64,000 nucleotides of DNA from Spirochaetota bacterium (GTDB lineage Bacteria > Spirochaetota > UBA4802 > UBA5550). A model generated the notes under the pieces. That model was not told the DNA's origin and ran no database searches. It saw nothing but the letters and a program-made list of their open reading frames with translations. Position 1 is the stretch's first letter, and each line of letters starts with the position of its first letter. The position numbers were made by a program, and so were the translations under genes. The stretch is from the NCBI GenBank assembly GCA_041749375.1, contig JBGTBN010000071.1, positions 2,297-66,296 of the forward strand. The letters are read 5' to 3'. This document shows, piece by piece, positions 26,776 to 36,398 of this stretch.

Positions 26776-27534
26776 ATGGACATAAACATTGCACGGGCAG
26801 TGGAGATAATCCAGAGTGCGAACAATATCATAGCCCTGACCGGTGCGGGCATCTCCACCGAAAGCGGCATTCCCGATTTCAGAAGCGCGGGAGGGCTGTG
26901 GCAAAAATATAATCCGGCGGAATACGCGACCATCCAGGCGTTTCACTCGAACCCGGAAAAGGTATGGCGCATGCTGTTCGACATGGTCGAGCTTACGCGT
27001 ACGGCAAAGCCGAATCCCGGGCACCATGCACTGGCCGAGCTCGAGCGATTGGACCTCCTCCGGTGCATTATTACCCAGAACATTGACAACCTCCACCAGG
27101 AGGCGGGCAGCCGGAACATTATCGAGTATCATGGCAATGTCAGCAGGCTGGAGTGCCTCCGTTGCGGGAGGCTGTTCGATGATTCGGAATTCAACATGGC
27201 CGACGTGATAGCGGTCGGTAATCCTCCACGCTGCCCGGACTGTGATGCAGTCCTGAAGCCGACGGTAATTTTTTTCGGCGAAACGATTCCCCACGAGGCC
27301 ATGGCCCGCTCGCAGGAGGCGGCGCAGGAAGCTGACGTCGTGATCGTTGTGGGAACATCCGCAGTCGTTTACCCGGCGGCCGGGATACCGCTCATCGCGA
27401 AACAGAACAACGCTGCCATCATAGAATTCAACGTGGAAACGACCGACCTGACCCGCTTTGCAACGGACGTCTTCATCCAGGGACTTGCGGGCACGACACT
27501 CCCGGAGCTGGTGAGACAGCTCAAATCATCCTGA
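26776..27534 (+). CDS. cobB: NAD-dependent deacylase (sirtuin)
   Basis: GAGISTESGIPDFR, TQNID.LH, HG, CxxC..CxxC, GTS..VYPAA. Confidence 0.93.
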   Translation: MDINIARAVEIIQSANNIIALTGAGISTESGIPDFRSAGGLWQKYNPAEYATIQAFHSNPEKVWRMLFDMVELTRTAKPNPGHHALAELERLDLLRCIITQNIDNLHQEAGSRNIIEYHGNVSRLECLRCGRLFDDSEFNMADVIAVGNPPRCPDCDAVLKPTVIFFGETIPHEAMARSQEAAQEADVVIVVGTSAVVYPAAGIPLIAKQNNAAIIEFNVETTDLTRFATDVFIQGLAGTTLPELVRQLKSS

Positions 27535-27545
27535 CAGGACATTAC

Positions 27546-29300
27546 GTGGAACGAATACAATTACTGGCGGACGGGGTTCAGAAGAAGATTGCGGCGGGCG
27601 AGGTCGTCGAGGGGCCGTTTTCCATCGTTAAGGAGCTCGTCGAAAACTCGGTCGATGCCGGGGCGACGCGGATCGACGTGCAGGTGTACGAGGGCGGCCT
27701 TAAAAAGATAGTCGTGCGTGACGACGGCCGGGGCATCTACCGAGACGATATCGCCCTGGCAGTCATGGAGCACGCGACCAGCAAGATCAGCGATATCGGG
27801 GACATCGAGGAGATCGGCACGTACGGATTCCGCGGCGAGGCACTGTCGAGCATCTCGTCGGTTTCGAGGATGACCCTCCTGTCGCGTCGGAGCGACGAGG
27901 AGGTGGGCGGCCGCCTCAGCGGCACGGAGTCCGGAACCGAGATAAGCGATCACGCCGGACCCGCCGGCACCACGGTCATTGTCGAGAACCTGTTCTACAA
28001 CGTGCCGGCGCGAAAAAAGTTCCTCAAGTCGGCCCGCACGGAGCTGCGGCTCGTGCGAGAAACAGTGATGAAGATTGCTATCCCCAACCCCGACATAGCC
28101 TTCACGCTTGACGTGGATGACAAGCGTGAGATGACACTGGCAGCCGCCGGCAGCCAGGAGCAGCGGATCGAGCAGGTATTCGGAAGCGGGATCATGAACG
28201 ATCTTCAGCATGAAACACTCAGCGATTTGAAAATATCCGTCAGTGGATATTGTTCGAAGCCGCATTTCCTCAAGTCATCGCGATCCATGCAGATGCTCTT
28301 CATTAACAGGCGGCCGGTCGAGTACCGGTACCTGGGCTTTCTTCTGTCAAAGGCATACGAGGCGGTGGCCGGGCGCGGCAGGTACCCGGCCGGCCTGATA
28401 TTCATCGACATAGACCCCCGCCTGGTCGACGTGAACATTCACCCCGCGAAAAAGGAGGTCAAGCTTTTCGACCACCGCTATGTCGAGCGGCTGATCATGG
28501 GACTGGCGGAGAAGGTTCTCAATCGCGAGCACCGCGTTGAAGGCGGGGTTTTCAAGCCCGGGACGATCCCTGCAGGGACGATGCCGCACGGGGGCGGGCC
28601 CGGTCTCGAGGTGGTTCCCCGGGGCGGCCTGTTCCCGGGTTCGACCGGAGCGGAGCGAGGCACGCTGCCCGGAGACGACCGGCGGCCCTCCGCGTTCGTG
28701 CGGGACGTGGCCGGGATGTACGGCGGCATCCGCGGGGGCTCCGGGAACACGATCATCGGCGTGGCATTCGGCACCTACATGGTGATCGAGAGAGACGACT
28801 CACTCTACCTCGTCGATTATCATGCCGCACACGAGCGCGTTATTTTTGACCGCCTGATGGAAGATCGGCATTCGGCGGAGAGCCAGCGGCTCGCGTTCCC
28901 GCGTGTCATGGATCTCTCGCTCGACGAGCACGCGCTCATCATGGAAAATATTGAAACATTTTCTGAAATTGGGTTTGACATGGAGGATTTTTCGGATACC
29001 TCTATAAAAATAAGCGCGGTGCCGGTGCTGTCGCGCGAGGATGATGTCGCAGATCTGTTTGCTGATTTTTTTGAGACAGTGAGCGGCGGGCGTGACCGGG
29101 ACGATGTTCGCAGGGGCATCGCGGCTTCAGTCGCATGCCGGTCGGCGAAGCGCGCGGGCGACCGTCTCTCCTTCGCAGAGATGGAGCGCCTTGCGGAACA
29201 GGTATTTACGGGCAGCAGGCAGTTGCGCTGTCCCCATGGCCGGCCCTTCGTGTACAGGATCGGCAGGGACGAGATCGAGCGGATGTTCAAGAGGCAATAA
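27546..29300 (+). CDS. mutL: DNA mismatch repair endonuclease MutL
   Basis: IAAGEVVE, KELVENS.DAG, GFRGEAL, DVNIHP.K, DYHAAHER and CPHGRP endonuclease motifs. Confidence 0.96.
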   Translation: MERIQLLADGVQKKIAAGEVVEGPFSIVKELVENSVDAGATRIDVQVYEGGLKKIVVRDDGRGIYRDDIALAVMEHATSKISDIGDIEEIGTYGFRGEALSSISSVSRMTLLSRRSDEEVGGRLSGTESGTEISDHAGPAGTTVIVENLFYNVPARKKFLKSARTELRLVRETVMKIAIPNPDIAFTLDVDDKREMTLAAAGSQEQRIEQVFGSGIMNDLQHETLSDLKISVSGYCSKPHFLKSSRSMQMLFINRRPVEYRYLGFLLSKAYEAVAGRGRYPAGLIFIDIDPRLVDVNIHPAKKEVKLFDHRYVERLIMGLAEKVLNREHRVEGGVFKPGTIPAGTMPHGGGPGLEVVPRGGLFPGSTGAERGTLPGDDRRPSAFVRDVAGMYGGIRGGSGNTIIGVAFGTYMVIERDDSLYLVDYHAAHERVIFDRLMEDRHSAESQRLAFPRVMDLSLDEHALIMENIETFSEIGFDMEDFSDTSIKISAVPVLSREDDVADLFADFFETVSGGRDRDDVRRGIAASVACRSAKRAGDRLSFAEMERLAEQVFTGSRQLRCPHGRPFVYRIGRDEIERMFKRQ

Positions 29301-29323
29301 CACCATCACGGGGCACGGGCCAT

Positions 29324-29860
29324 ATGAAAAAGATAATTCTCGGCATTTCCTCTTCAATAGCGGCTTACAAGGCGTGCGACCTCATACGGCTTTTCGTAAA
29401 GGAAGGGTGGAGTGTGCATGTCGTTGCCACCGAGAACGCACTGTACCTGGTATCGCCACTCACCCTGGAGGTCCTTTCGGGCAACCCGGTGTACAGCGAG
29501 CAGTACTCCCGCGAGCGACGGGAGATGGGCCATATCGAGCTTAAGACCGATGCGTCCCTCTTCCTGGTGGCGCCCGCGACTGCAAACGTTATCGGCAAGT
29601 TCGCAAACGGGATCGCGGACGACCTGCTGGCCACGACCTTCCTCTCCGTGACCTGCCCGGTGCTCATCGCGCCGGCAATGAACCCGAACATGTACCGGCA
29701 CCCTGCGGTGCGCGAGAACATGGCGAAGCTGAAAACATGGGGCGTGAGCTTCGTCGATCCTGACGAGGGGCCCGTCGTGTGTGGAGATGAGGGGGCCGGA
29801 AGGCTCGCTGACATAGAACATATTTTCAGGATTGCGCTAGATGCTGCTGCAGGAGCGTAA
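29324..29860 (+). CDS. coaC: Phosphopantothenoylcysteine decarboxylase
   Basis: SIAAYKA, APATAN..K.A.GIADD, PAMN..M, CG..G.GRL. Confidence 0.9.
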   Translation: MKKIILGISSSIAAYKACDLIRLFVKEGWSVHVVATENALYLVSPLTLEVLSGNPVYSEQYSRERREMGHIELKTDASLFLVAPATANVIGKFANGIADDLLATTFLSVTCPVLIAPAMNPNMYRHPAVRENMAKLKTWGVSFVDPDEGPVVCGDEGAGRLADIEHIFRIALDAAAGA

Positions 29861-30527
29861 AGTTATCGTAACCGGCGGACCGACGCGTGAATGGATCGAT
29901 CCCGTGCGGTTTATCTCGAACCCGTCAACCGGTAAAATGGGCGCTGCTATCGCCGACGCAAGCGCGTTGCGGGCCCGGAAAACGGTCTTCATACACGGGC
30001 CGGTCGGTGACGTGCTCGTCACCGGGAAACGGTACCGCTGCGTATCCGTGGACACCACCGGGGAGATGCTGGGGGCCGTGGTAAGCGAGCTCGAGGAGAA
30101 GTCCGTGCTGATCATGGCGGCGGCGCCGGCCGACTATTCCCCGGCGCACAGATCCGGGCGAAAGATGAAGAAAACCGGGGGAACAATCACCCTGGAGCTG
30201 AACAGGACGCCGGACATTCTCCGCGAGGTCGCGGGTCTGAAGGACACCGGACGTTTCCACAACATCTTCACCGTCGGTTTCGCGGCGGAAACGAACAACA
30301 TCGAGGAATACGCGCTAAAAAAGCTCGCGGAAAAAAAGCTGGACATGATCTGTCTCAATGACGTGTCGCAGAAAGGGGCCGGCTTCGGCTCGGATACGAA
30401 CATTATAACTATTTTCATGAAAGACGGCTCGCGGATAGAGCTTCCGATGATAACCAAGCAGGAGGTCGCGGACCGGATACTTGATGAAATTGAAAAGCGG
30501 CTGCCCAGGTATCTCGCATCACAGTAA
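29841..30527 (+). CDS. coaB: Phosphopantothenate--cysteine ligase
   Basis: TGGPTRE.IDPVRFISN.STGKMG, AA.ADY, GFAAET, GFGSDTN. Confidence 0.9.
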   Translation: MLLQERKVIVTGGPTREWIDPVRFISNPSTGKMGAAIADASALRARKTVFIHGPVGDVLVTGKRYRCVSVDTTGEMLGAVVSELEEKSVLIMAAAPADYSPAHRSGRKMKKTGGTITLELNRTPDILREVAGLKDTGRFHNIFTVGFAAETNNIEEYALKKLAEKKLDMICLNDVSQKGAGFGSDTNIITIFMKDGSRIELPMITKQEVADRILDEIEKRLPRYLASQ

Positions 30528-30544
30528 GAAACAGGGAGGCGCCT

Positions 30545-31363
30545 ATGTACCGGAGAAAACCGGCTGTTGCCGGGGCTTTTTATCCTTCCAATCCGCAGCG
30601 GCTCGGCGGCATGATCGACGGCTACATGCAGGAGGCGAAAAGCGCTCCGCCCGCCGGCGATGTCGTCGGCGTGGTTTCTCCTCACGCGGGTTATATCTAC
30701 TCGGGACCGGTCGCTGCCTATTCCTTTTCCCAGCTTGATCCGGCAACGACCCTCGCGATAGTTCTCGCGCCGTCCCACCGGTCGCGCTTCAACGGCGGAG
30801 CCGTGCTTGCGGAAGGGGTCTACGAGACCCCGCTCGGCGACGTGCAGATCGACGTCGCAGTCGGGGGCGCGCTGGCGGGCAAGAAGCCGTTCGGCCTTTT
30901 GAAAGAGGCACACGAGCTCGAGCATTCGCTCGAGGTTCAGGTGCCCTTTTTGCAGAAGCGACTACCGGAGTTCTCCATCGTGCCGGTCATCATTGGAACG
31001 GTCGACCTGGCTTCCTGCATGGAGATTGCGCGCGGACTTCATGAGTGTATCGCCGGCGAGAAAAGAAAGCTCGCGATCGTCATATCAACGGATCTCTCGC
31101 ACTATCATTCATACGAGGAAGCGAAAGTGATGGACGGCAATTTCATCAAGGCCCTGGAGAGCTTCGACGAAAAGAGCGTAAAAGCGGTCATCGACAGCGG
31201 TAAGGCGGAGGCCTGCGGCGAGGGACCGGTGATTGCAGGAATGGCCCTCTGCCGGCTGCTCGGAGCGGGGTCGGTGCGGATTTTAAAGTACGCCAACTCG
31301 GGAGATACGGCCGGTAGCAGGGACCAGGTGGTCGGCTATCTTTCCGCCGCGTTCGTCAGATAA
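30545..31363 (+). CDS. amrB: AmmeMemoRadiSam system protein B (MEMO1 family)
   Basis: PAVAG.FYP, PHAGY.YSG, EHSLEVQVPF, STDLSHY, CG, Y..SG..VVGY. Confidence 0.93.
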   Translation: MYRRKPAVAGAFYPSNPQRLGGMIDGYMQEAKSAPPAGDVVGVVSPHAGYIYSGPVAAYSFSQLDPATTLAIVLAPSHRSRFNGGAVLAEGVYETPLGDVQIDVAVGGALAGKKPFGLLKEAHELEHSLEVQVPFLQKRLPEFSIVPVIIGTVDLASCMEIARGLHECIAGEKRKLAIVISTDLSHYHSYEEAKVMDGNFIKALESFDEKSVKAVIDSGKAEACGEGPVIAGMALCRLLGAGSVRILKYANSGDTAGSRDQVVGYLSAAFVR

Positions 31364-31386
31364 CAGGGAAGATCAGCGAGGAATTA

Positions 31387-32256
31387 TTACCTGATGATCC
31401 CGGCAGCGGGTCGATAGATCCAGTACCTGCCGGACGTAACCAGGTTGAGGTTCACTGGCGACGTGATGACAAAGCGTTTCCCCCCGATGTTCTGGTGGGC
31501 GAGCGTGTATTCCTTGTTGCCCCGGACCGCAGTGATGACAGCGGTATGATCGGGCGCACCAAAAACTTCCCACCTCTTCCCGCCGCCCGCCAGTTCCTCC
31601 AGGGTTTTCACTGTTTTGAACTGTATGATATCACCGGGTCTGATCCGGTCCTTTTCCGGGTCGAGAAGCTTTCCAAAAGAAAGGGGACGGTTCCAGTCCG
31701 CGCCTGCTGCATCGAGCGCTTCCTGCGCGAGGTCCCAGCATTCACCGCGCCCGACTGTCGTGCCCATGACGGAATCAACGAAAGCGATTATCCGGCCGTT
31801 GATGTCCGGGAGCGCGGTTTTTTTTGAAATGTCACCGACCGATGTGACCCTGAAGGAACAGAGTCCGCGAAGCTGCAGGCCGCCGGGGTTCCGCTTGCCG
31901 AACAGGGTCACTTCGTAATCCCCCGGGCCCTCTTTCAGAAGATATGAGAAATCAAACGACTGCTTCCCCATCATTCGGTATACCACCTGGCGGGCCGGAC
32001 TGCCCGTGCACCTGTTCCGTGCCTCCATCTGTAACTCGGAGAAGGAGCTTGTCCCTGACAGGCGCAGGACGGGGCCGGTTGTTGCAGACGGCGGCGCAAG
32101 AGTGAAGGCGCCCTCGGCGTCAGCGTAGTAGGTAATAACGGCCGGCGGACCGGCCGTCTTTTTCGTACCTGAACTACATGCCGGCGCTGTAGTGAAAATG
32201 ACGCACATTGATAGTGCCCACAGGGCAGAATGTAAGCGGATTGACGGTCTGAACAT
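31387..32256 (-). CDS. Lipoprotein with C-terminal papain/CHAP-like Cys-His domain
   Basis: APAC lipobox; VGRGECWDLA, GDIIQF, DHTAVI, HQN; start uncertain. Confidence 0.65.
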   Translation of the reverse strand: MFRPSIRLHSALWALSMCVIFTTAPACSSGTKKTAGPPAVITYYADAEGAFTLAPPSATTGPVLRLSGTSSFSELQMEARNRCTGSPARQVVYRMMGKQSFDFSYLLKEGPGDYEVTLFGKRNPGGLQLRGLCSFRVTSVGDISKKTALPDINGRIIAFVDSVMGTTVGRGECWDLAQEALDAAGADWNRPLSFGKLLDPEKDRIRPGDIIQFKTVKTLEELAGGGKRWEVFGAPDHTAVITAVRGNKEYTLAHQNIGGKRFVITSPVNLNLVTSGRYWIYRPAAGIIR

Positions 32257-32465
32257 CGCCTGGTATCTCCCGGGAAGAAAACCCGCCTTTTTCATCATAT
32301 TCAGCGGCGGGGAATGGCTGATTATTGTATATGACCGGCAAAAAATCAATACTTTTTCTATTCAGTGGCGGTTGCAAGTTTCTAATTGACATGCGGCGAG
32401 TTATCGTCAACAATGCAAAAGCACAAACGGGCTCGCCCGATTACATGATCCGGGAAGGTGTCGAC

Positions 32466-33038
32466 ATGATCGAGCTGGACAGGAAACAGCAGGATGCTCT
32501 GCTCGCCCTCGCGCGGACAACCATCGCGGAATCGCTCAAGATCGGCGGTAAAAGAGATGACCTCGAGCTGGGCGACGAAATATTCAAAAACAAGTGCGGC
32601 GCATTCGTCACGATCCATATTCGCGGGCGGCTGCGCGGGTGCATCGGGTACATCCAGGGCGTGAAGCCGATCCCTGAGACGATCATCGACATGGCGCGCG
32701 CGTCCGCCTTCAAGGACCCGCGGTTTCCGCCGCTTCGCGCGGAAGAATACGATGCGATTGATATAGAGATATCAGTGCTTTCCCCCATCGAGCCGGTGAC
32801 GGACATCAGGGAGATAGTGGTGGGACGTGATGGGCTCATCATATCGAGGGGCTTCAACTCGGGCCTCCTCCTTCCTCAGGTGCCTACAGAGCAGGGGTGG
32901 GACCTCGAGACCTTCCTCCAGCAGACCTGCTACAAGGCCGGGCTACCTCCTGCTGCGTGGCGCGAGAAGGGGACAAAGATCGAAAAATTCTCGGCCCAGG
33001 TGTTCGGTGAAAAAGAGCGGGCCGGACAGGGGCAGTGA
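32466..33038 (+). CDS. amrA: AmmeMemoRadiSam system protein A (AMMECR1 family)
   Basis: GAFVT...LRGCIG, DPRFPP, EISVL, GLLLPQV, KAGL. Confidence 0.93.
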   Translation: MIELDRKQQDALLALARTTIAESLKIGGKRDDLELGDEIFKNKCGAFVTIHIRGRLRGCIGYIQGVKPIPETIIDMARASAFKDPRFPPLRAEEYDAIDIEISVLSPIEPVTDIREIVVGRDGLIISRGFNSGLLLPQVPTEQGWDLETFLQQTCYKAGLPPAAWREKGTKIEKFSAQVFGEKERAGQGQ

Positions 33039-33688
33039 CCGCCATGTTTAAAGAGACCATCAAAGTCATGCCGGCAACGCTCGGCGAATCGAAAGGGGAC
33101 GCCGTCTATCTCGACATGCGCGCTCTCAGAAGCGAATTTTCCTACTGCGGAGTCTGGTACGCGAGGGATAAAAGCGAGGAGAGCGTCCTAACGACGCTGT
33201 TTTATTATTCAAAAGACGACCGGCGTCCCGACGTGCCGGGCGAAGAGATCAAGGAGAACAGCTTTCAGCAGGCCGGACGGTTCAGGATAGATTCGTCCCA
33301 CGACCGGGTCTGGATGGGGCTCCGGCTCGGCGAGGACGCGTACGCAGGTATACGCCTGTCCGAATTCAGGAAAGAGACGGCCTATCTCAATTGCAAGGTG
33401 GTGCGCAACAGGGCTTCCGGCGCGGAATCGGTCGGCGGCGGCATTATCCGCGGCGGTGATGCCCGGTTCGCAAAGATAGGGGTCGAGGACCGGCTCGGGT
33501 CGGCTGATTTCCAGGACCTTATACTATTCCTTGTTCTTATCAAGGAGGGCCCCCCGGCGGACTGGATGGCGGACTCCTGCCTGGGTGTGGTGGGTGTTCC
33601 CGTACAGGTGCCGCCTTGCCGGTTCGCACACGACCGTAAATATTCATCATGGAACGGCCAAAACCCTCTTGACGGGATTAAAGGATAA
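33035..33688 (+). CDS. Hypothetical protein
   Basis: 217-aa ORF overlapping the amrA stop (GTGA), typical codon usage; no motif recognised. Confidence 0.6.
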   Translation: MTAMFKETIKVMPATLGESKGDAVYLDMRALRSEFSYCGVWYARDKSEESVLTTLFYYSKDDRRPDVPGEEIKENSFQQAGRFRIDSSHDRVWMGLRLGEDAYAGIRLSEFRKETAYLNCKVVRNRASGAESVGGGIIRGGDARFAKIGVEDRLGSADFQDLILFLVLIKEGPPADWMADSCLGVVGVPVQVPPCRFAHDRKYSSWNGQNPLDGIKG

Positions 33689-33771
33689 ACGAATATAGCC
33701 GGGTTGCGGGTTCGTGTCCCGTACTGACTCTATCCGGCCGCACCCGGGGCCGGAAGTATTCCGAGGTATTC

Positions 33772-34221
33772 ATGAAAAGACGCATATTTTCCGCGTTACT
33801 GATGCTGCTTGTACTGACTCTTGTTGCGTGCAAAAAAGAAAAAAAGTTCGTTGAGCCGGAGTATATCTTCGCACGATGGGCCAGGGCGATCGAGTCCCTG
33901 AACTACCATGATTACGCGGCATGCGAGGCATACCCGAAAAGCGAGGGCGTATTCAGGGAGATGTTTCGGGAAGCTTATTATGCCGACCTGATGGTGACCG
34001 AGGTTGAGAAGCTGGACGAAAAAAAGGTCGCGGTTGACCCGGACGGCAATTCGTACATAAAGAGAAACGTGCTGTTTGAATGCACCGAAATCAGGCGTAC
34101 CGGACGGCGACCGATACGGGTCCTGCGCGGCGACGTCGATTTCATCAAGTTCGTATCAGGCGAACGGGAGCAGCAGGGCTGGTTGATGTGGAATCGAAGG
34201 ATTGTACGGGTAGAACGATAA
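33772..34221 (+). CDS. Hypothetical lipoprotein
   Basis: MKRR..LVAC lipobox; GAGG RBS; upstream of lolE/lolD. Confidence 0.75.
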   Translation: MKRRIFSALLMLLVLTLVACKKEKKFVEPEYIFARWARAIESLNYHDYAACEAYPKSEGVFREMFREAYYADLMVTEVEKLDEKKVAVDPDGNSYIKRNVLFECTEIRRTGRRPIRVLRGDVDFIKFVSGEREQQGWLMWNRRIVRVER

Positions 34222-34238
34222 TACGGCGGTTGACAGAG

Positions 34239-35588
34239 ATGAGTCTTTATGAATTGTTTATCGGGTTCCGGTACCTGAAGTCGAAAAAAAGCCAGGGCCT
34301 TGTATCCTCCAACACACTTCTTTCCATAATTATCGTATTCCTGGGCGTGTTCATACTGATCGTCGTTCTCTCCGTAATGAACGGCTTCCAGGCCACGATC
34401 AAGGACAAGATCCTCGATGTTGACTCACACATCACGGTACAGCCATCGTACGGGTCCGAGAGCCAGGGCATACGCAACTACGACCGGCTGGTTATGAAGA
34501 TCATGCGGTCGGAAAACGTCCGCTCGGCCGACCCGTATATTCTGTCGCAGGGGCTCTTCCGGTTCGGTTCTAACATCCTCCCCGTGATGATACGGGCGAT
34601 TGGCGTAAACGGCACGATTCCCCGGGATGTCGAGAAATTCATCGTTAAGGACGAGGAACAGTTCGTGAAAAAGGGGAAGAACCGCGTTTCCCCGCAAGTC
34701 GCCCGGAAATTTTTTAACACACGGTCGGTCTTCATCGGGCAGGAGATGGCTGACAGCTATAACATACTCCTTGGAGACTATATCGAGTTGATCGTACCCA
34801 AGGGCACCCTGTCCGTAAGGACCGGCGTCACGCCGGGCATGGAGCAGTTCAGGGTTAGCGGCATGTTCAAGACGGGATACTACGATTTCGACACCAAGCT
34901 TGTGATCATGGCCCTTCCGCAGGGACAGCGTCTCTTCGAGATCGGCGACGCCGTGTCGGCGATCGGCGTCAGGATACGCGACGTGTTTAAAATGGACCGT
35001 GTATCCGATGAGCTGGATGCGATTGTCGGTTATGAATACACGACGATGACGGCCGAGGAGAAGAACGGAAACCTATTCTATGCTCTCAAGCTGGAAAAGC
35101 TTATCTTGATGATAATCCTCTTCCTGGTAATTATTTCAGCCGGGTTCACCATCATGGGTACACTCGTAATGGTGGTCATGGAAAAGCGCAAGGCGGTGGG
35201 AATCTTAAAATCAATGGGAGCCAAGCCGAACTCCATAATGGTCATTTTCGTCCTGGAGGGTTTCTTTATAGGGATCATCGGCGCTTTTCTGGGGGTCGTG
35301 TTCGGTATAGCAACGGCGCTCAACCTGGACGCCATCATCCGATGGGTCGAGAGGATGATAAACAGCATCATGGGCGGAATTTATTCATTATTCAATATCG
35401 GCCTGTACGAGAAGATCAATCTCGTACCCAGCCATGTATATTACATCGAAGGTATCCCGACCGATGTGAACCCGGAACTGGTGGTCTTTATAGCCATCAC
35501 AGCCGTTTTTCTCTGTACCGTGGCCGCGATACTGCCTGCATGGAGCGCGTCCAGGCTACAGCCGGTCGAGACTATCAGGTATGAATAA
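34239..35588 (+). CDS. lolE: Lipoprotein-releasing ABC permease (LolC/E family)
   Basis: SVMNGF, G.F.TG...FD, LEK, VMEK...GILKSMGA, PAW.ASRLQPVE.IRYE. Confidence 0.88.
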   Translation: MSLYELFIGFRYLKSKKSQGLVSSNTLLSIIIVFLGVFILIVVLSVMNGFQATIKDKILDVDSHITVQPSYGSESQGIRNYDRLVMKIMRSENVRSADPYILSQGLFRFGSNILPVMIRAIGVNGTIPRDVEKFIVKDEEQFVKKGKNRVSPQVARKFFNTRSVFIGQEMADSYNILLGDYIELIVPKGTLSVRTGVTPGMEQFRVSGMFKTGYYDFDTKLVIMALPQGQRLFEIGDAVSAIGVRIRDVFKMDRVSDELDAIVGYEYTTMTAEEKNGNLFYALKLEKLILMIILFLVIISAGFTIMGTLVMVVMEKRKAVGILKSMGAKPNSIMVIFVLEGFFIGIIGAFLGVVFGIATALNLDAIIRWVERMINSIMGGIYSLFNIGLYEKINLVPSHVYYIEGIPTDVNPELVVFIAITAVFLCTVAAILPAWSASRLQPVETIRYE

Positions 35589-36279
35589 GGATACGGCAAT
35601 GGAACGCAGGGTGGTTATCAGGGCCGAGGGTCTTGAAAAAATATACGGATACGGACGGAGCGCTCTCACGATCCTCCAGGGGGTTTCGCTCGAGATACAG
35701 AAGGGCGAGGTCATCTCCATCGTCGGGCCTTCGGGAGCGGGCAAATCAACACTGCTCAACCTCATCGGCTGCCTCGATATGTTCCAGGGCGGACGCCTGT
35801 CGGTTATGGACCGGGACGTGACGGACCTTTCGGTCGAAATGCTTTCCGGGTTCAGGAACCAGCATATCGGTTTCGTGTTCCAGCTCCACAATCTCCTTCC
35901 TGAATTCACCGCATTGGAAAACATCATGATGCCCCTGCTGATCCGCCGCGTGAAAAAGGGCGAGGCCAGGGAGCGGGCGTATCGTCTCCTGCACAGGTTC
36001 AACATAGAGGACCGGGCTCATCACAAGCCGGCCGAGATGTCGGGCGGAGAGTGCCAGCGCGCTGCAGTCGCGCGCGCGATCGTCGGGGATCCGGACATAG
36101 TACTGGCGGACGAGCCGACCGGAAGCCTTGACAGGACAAACTCTCAGAAGCTTGTCGAAACACTTTTCGAGATCGGCAGGGAGCGAAATGCTACGATCGT
36201 CATCGTCACGCATGACAGCGGCATCGCTTCGAGGACCGAGCGGACCATCTCGCTCGTTGACGGGCGGATCGAAAGCTGA
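35581..36279 (+). CDS. lolD: Lipoprotein-releasing ABC ATPase
   Basis: GPSGAGKST, GFVFQ.HNLLPEFTALEN, SGGE.QR, LADEPTG. Confidence 0.9.
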   Translation: MNKDTAMERRVVIRAEGLEKIYGYGRSALTILQGVSLEIQKGEVISIVGPSGAGKSTLLNLIGCLDMFQGGRLSVMDRDVTDLSVEMLSGFRNQHIGFVFQLHNLLPEFTALENIMMPLLIRRVKKGEARERAYRLLHRFNIEDRAHHKPAEMSGGECQRAAVARAIVGDPDIVLADEPTGSLDRTNSQKLVETLFEIGRERNATIVIVTHDSGIASRTERTISLVDGRIES

Positions 36280-36398
36280 TTCCCGGATTATTTAAGAGTT
36301 GACATGCCCCGCGTTTTTCATTAAGGTCACGGGCTATGTTTTTTGCAGCTGTATCGAAGAAGTATACAGGAAATCACGGTCGCGCCGGTGGCGAGTGA

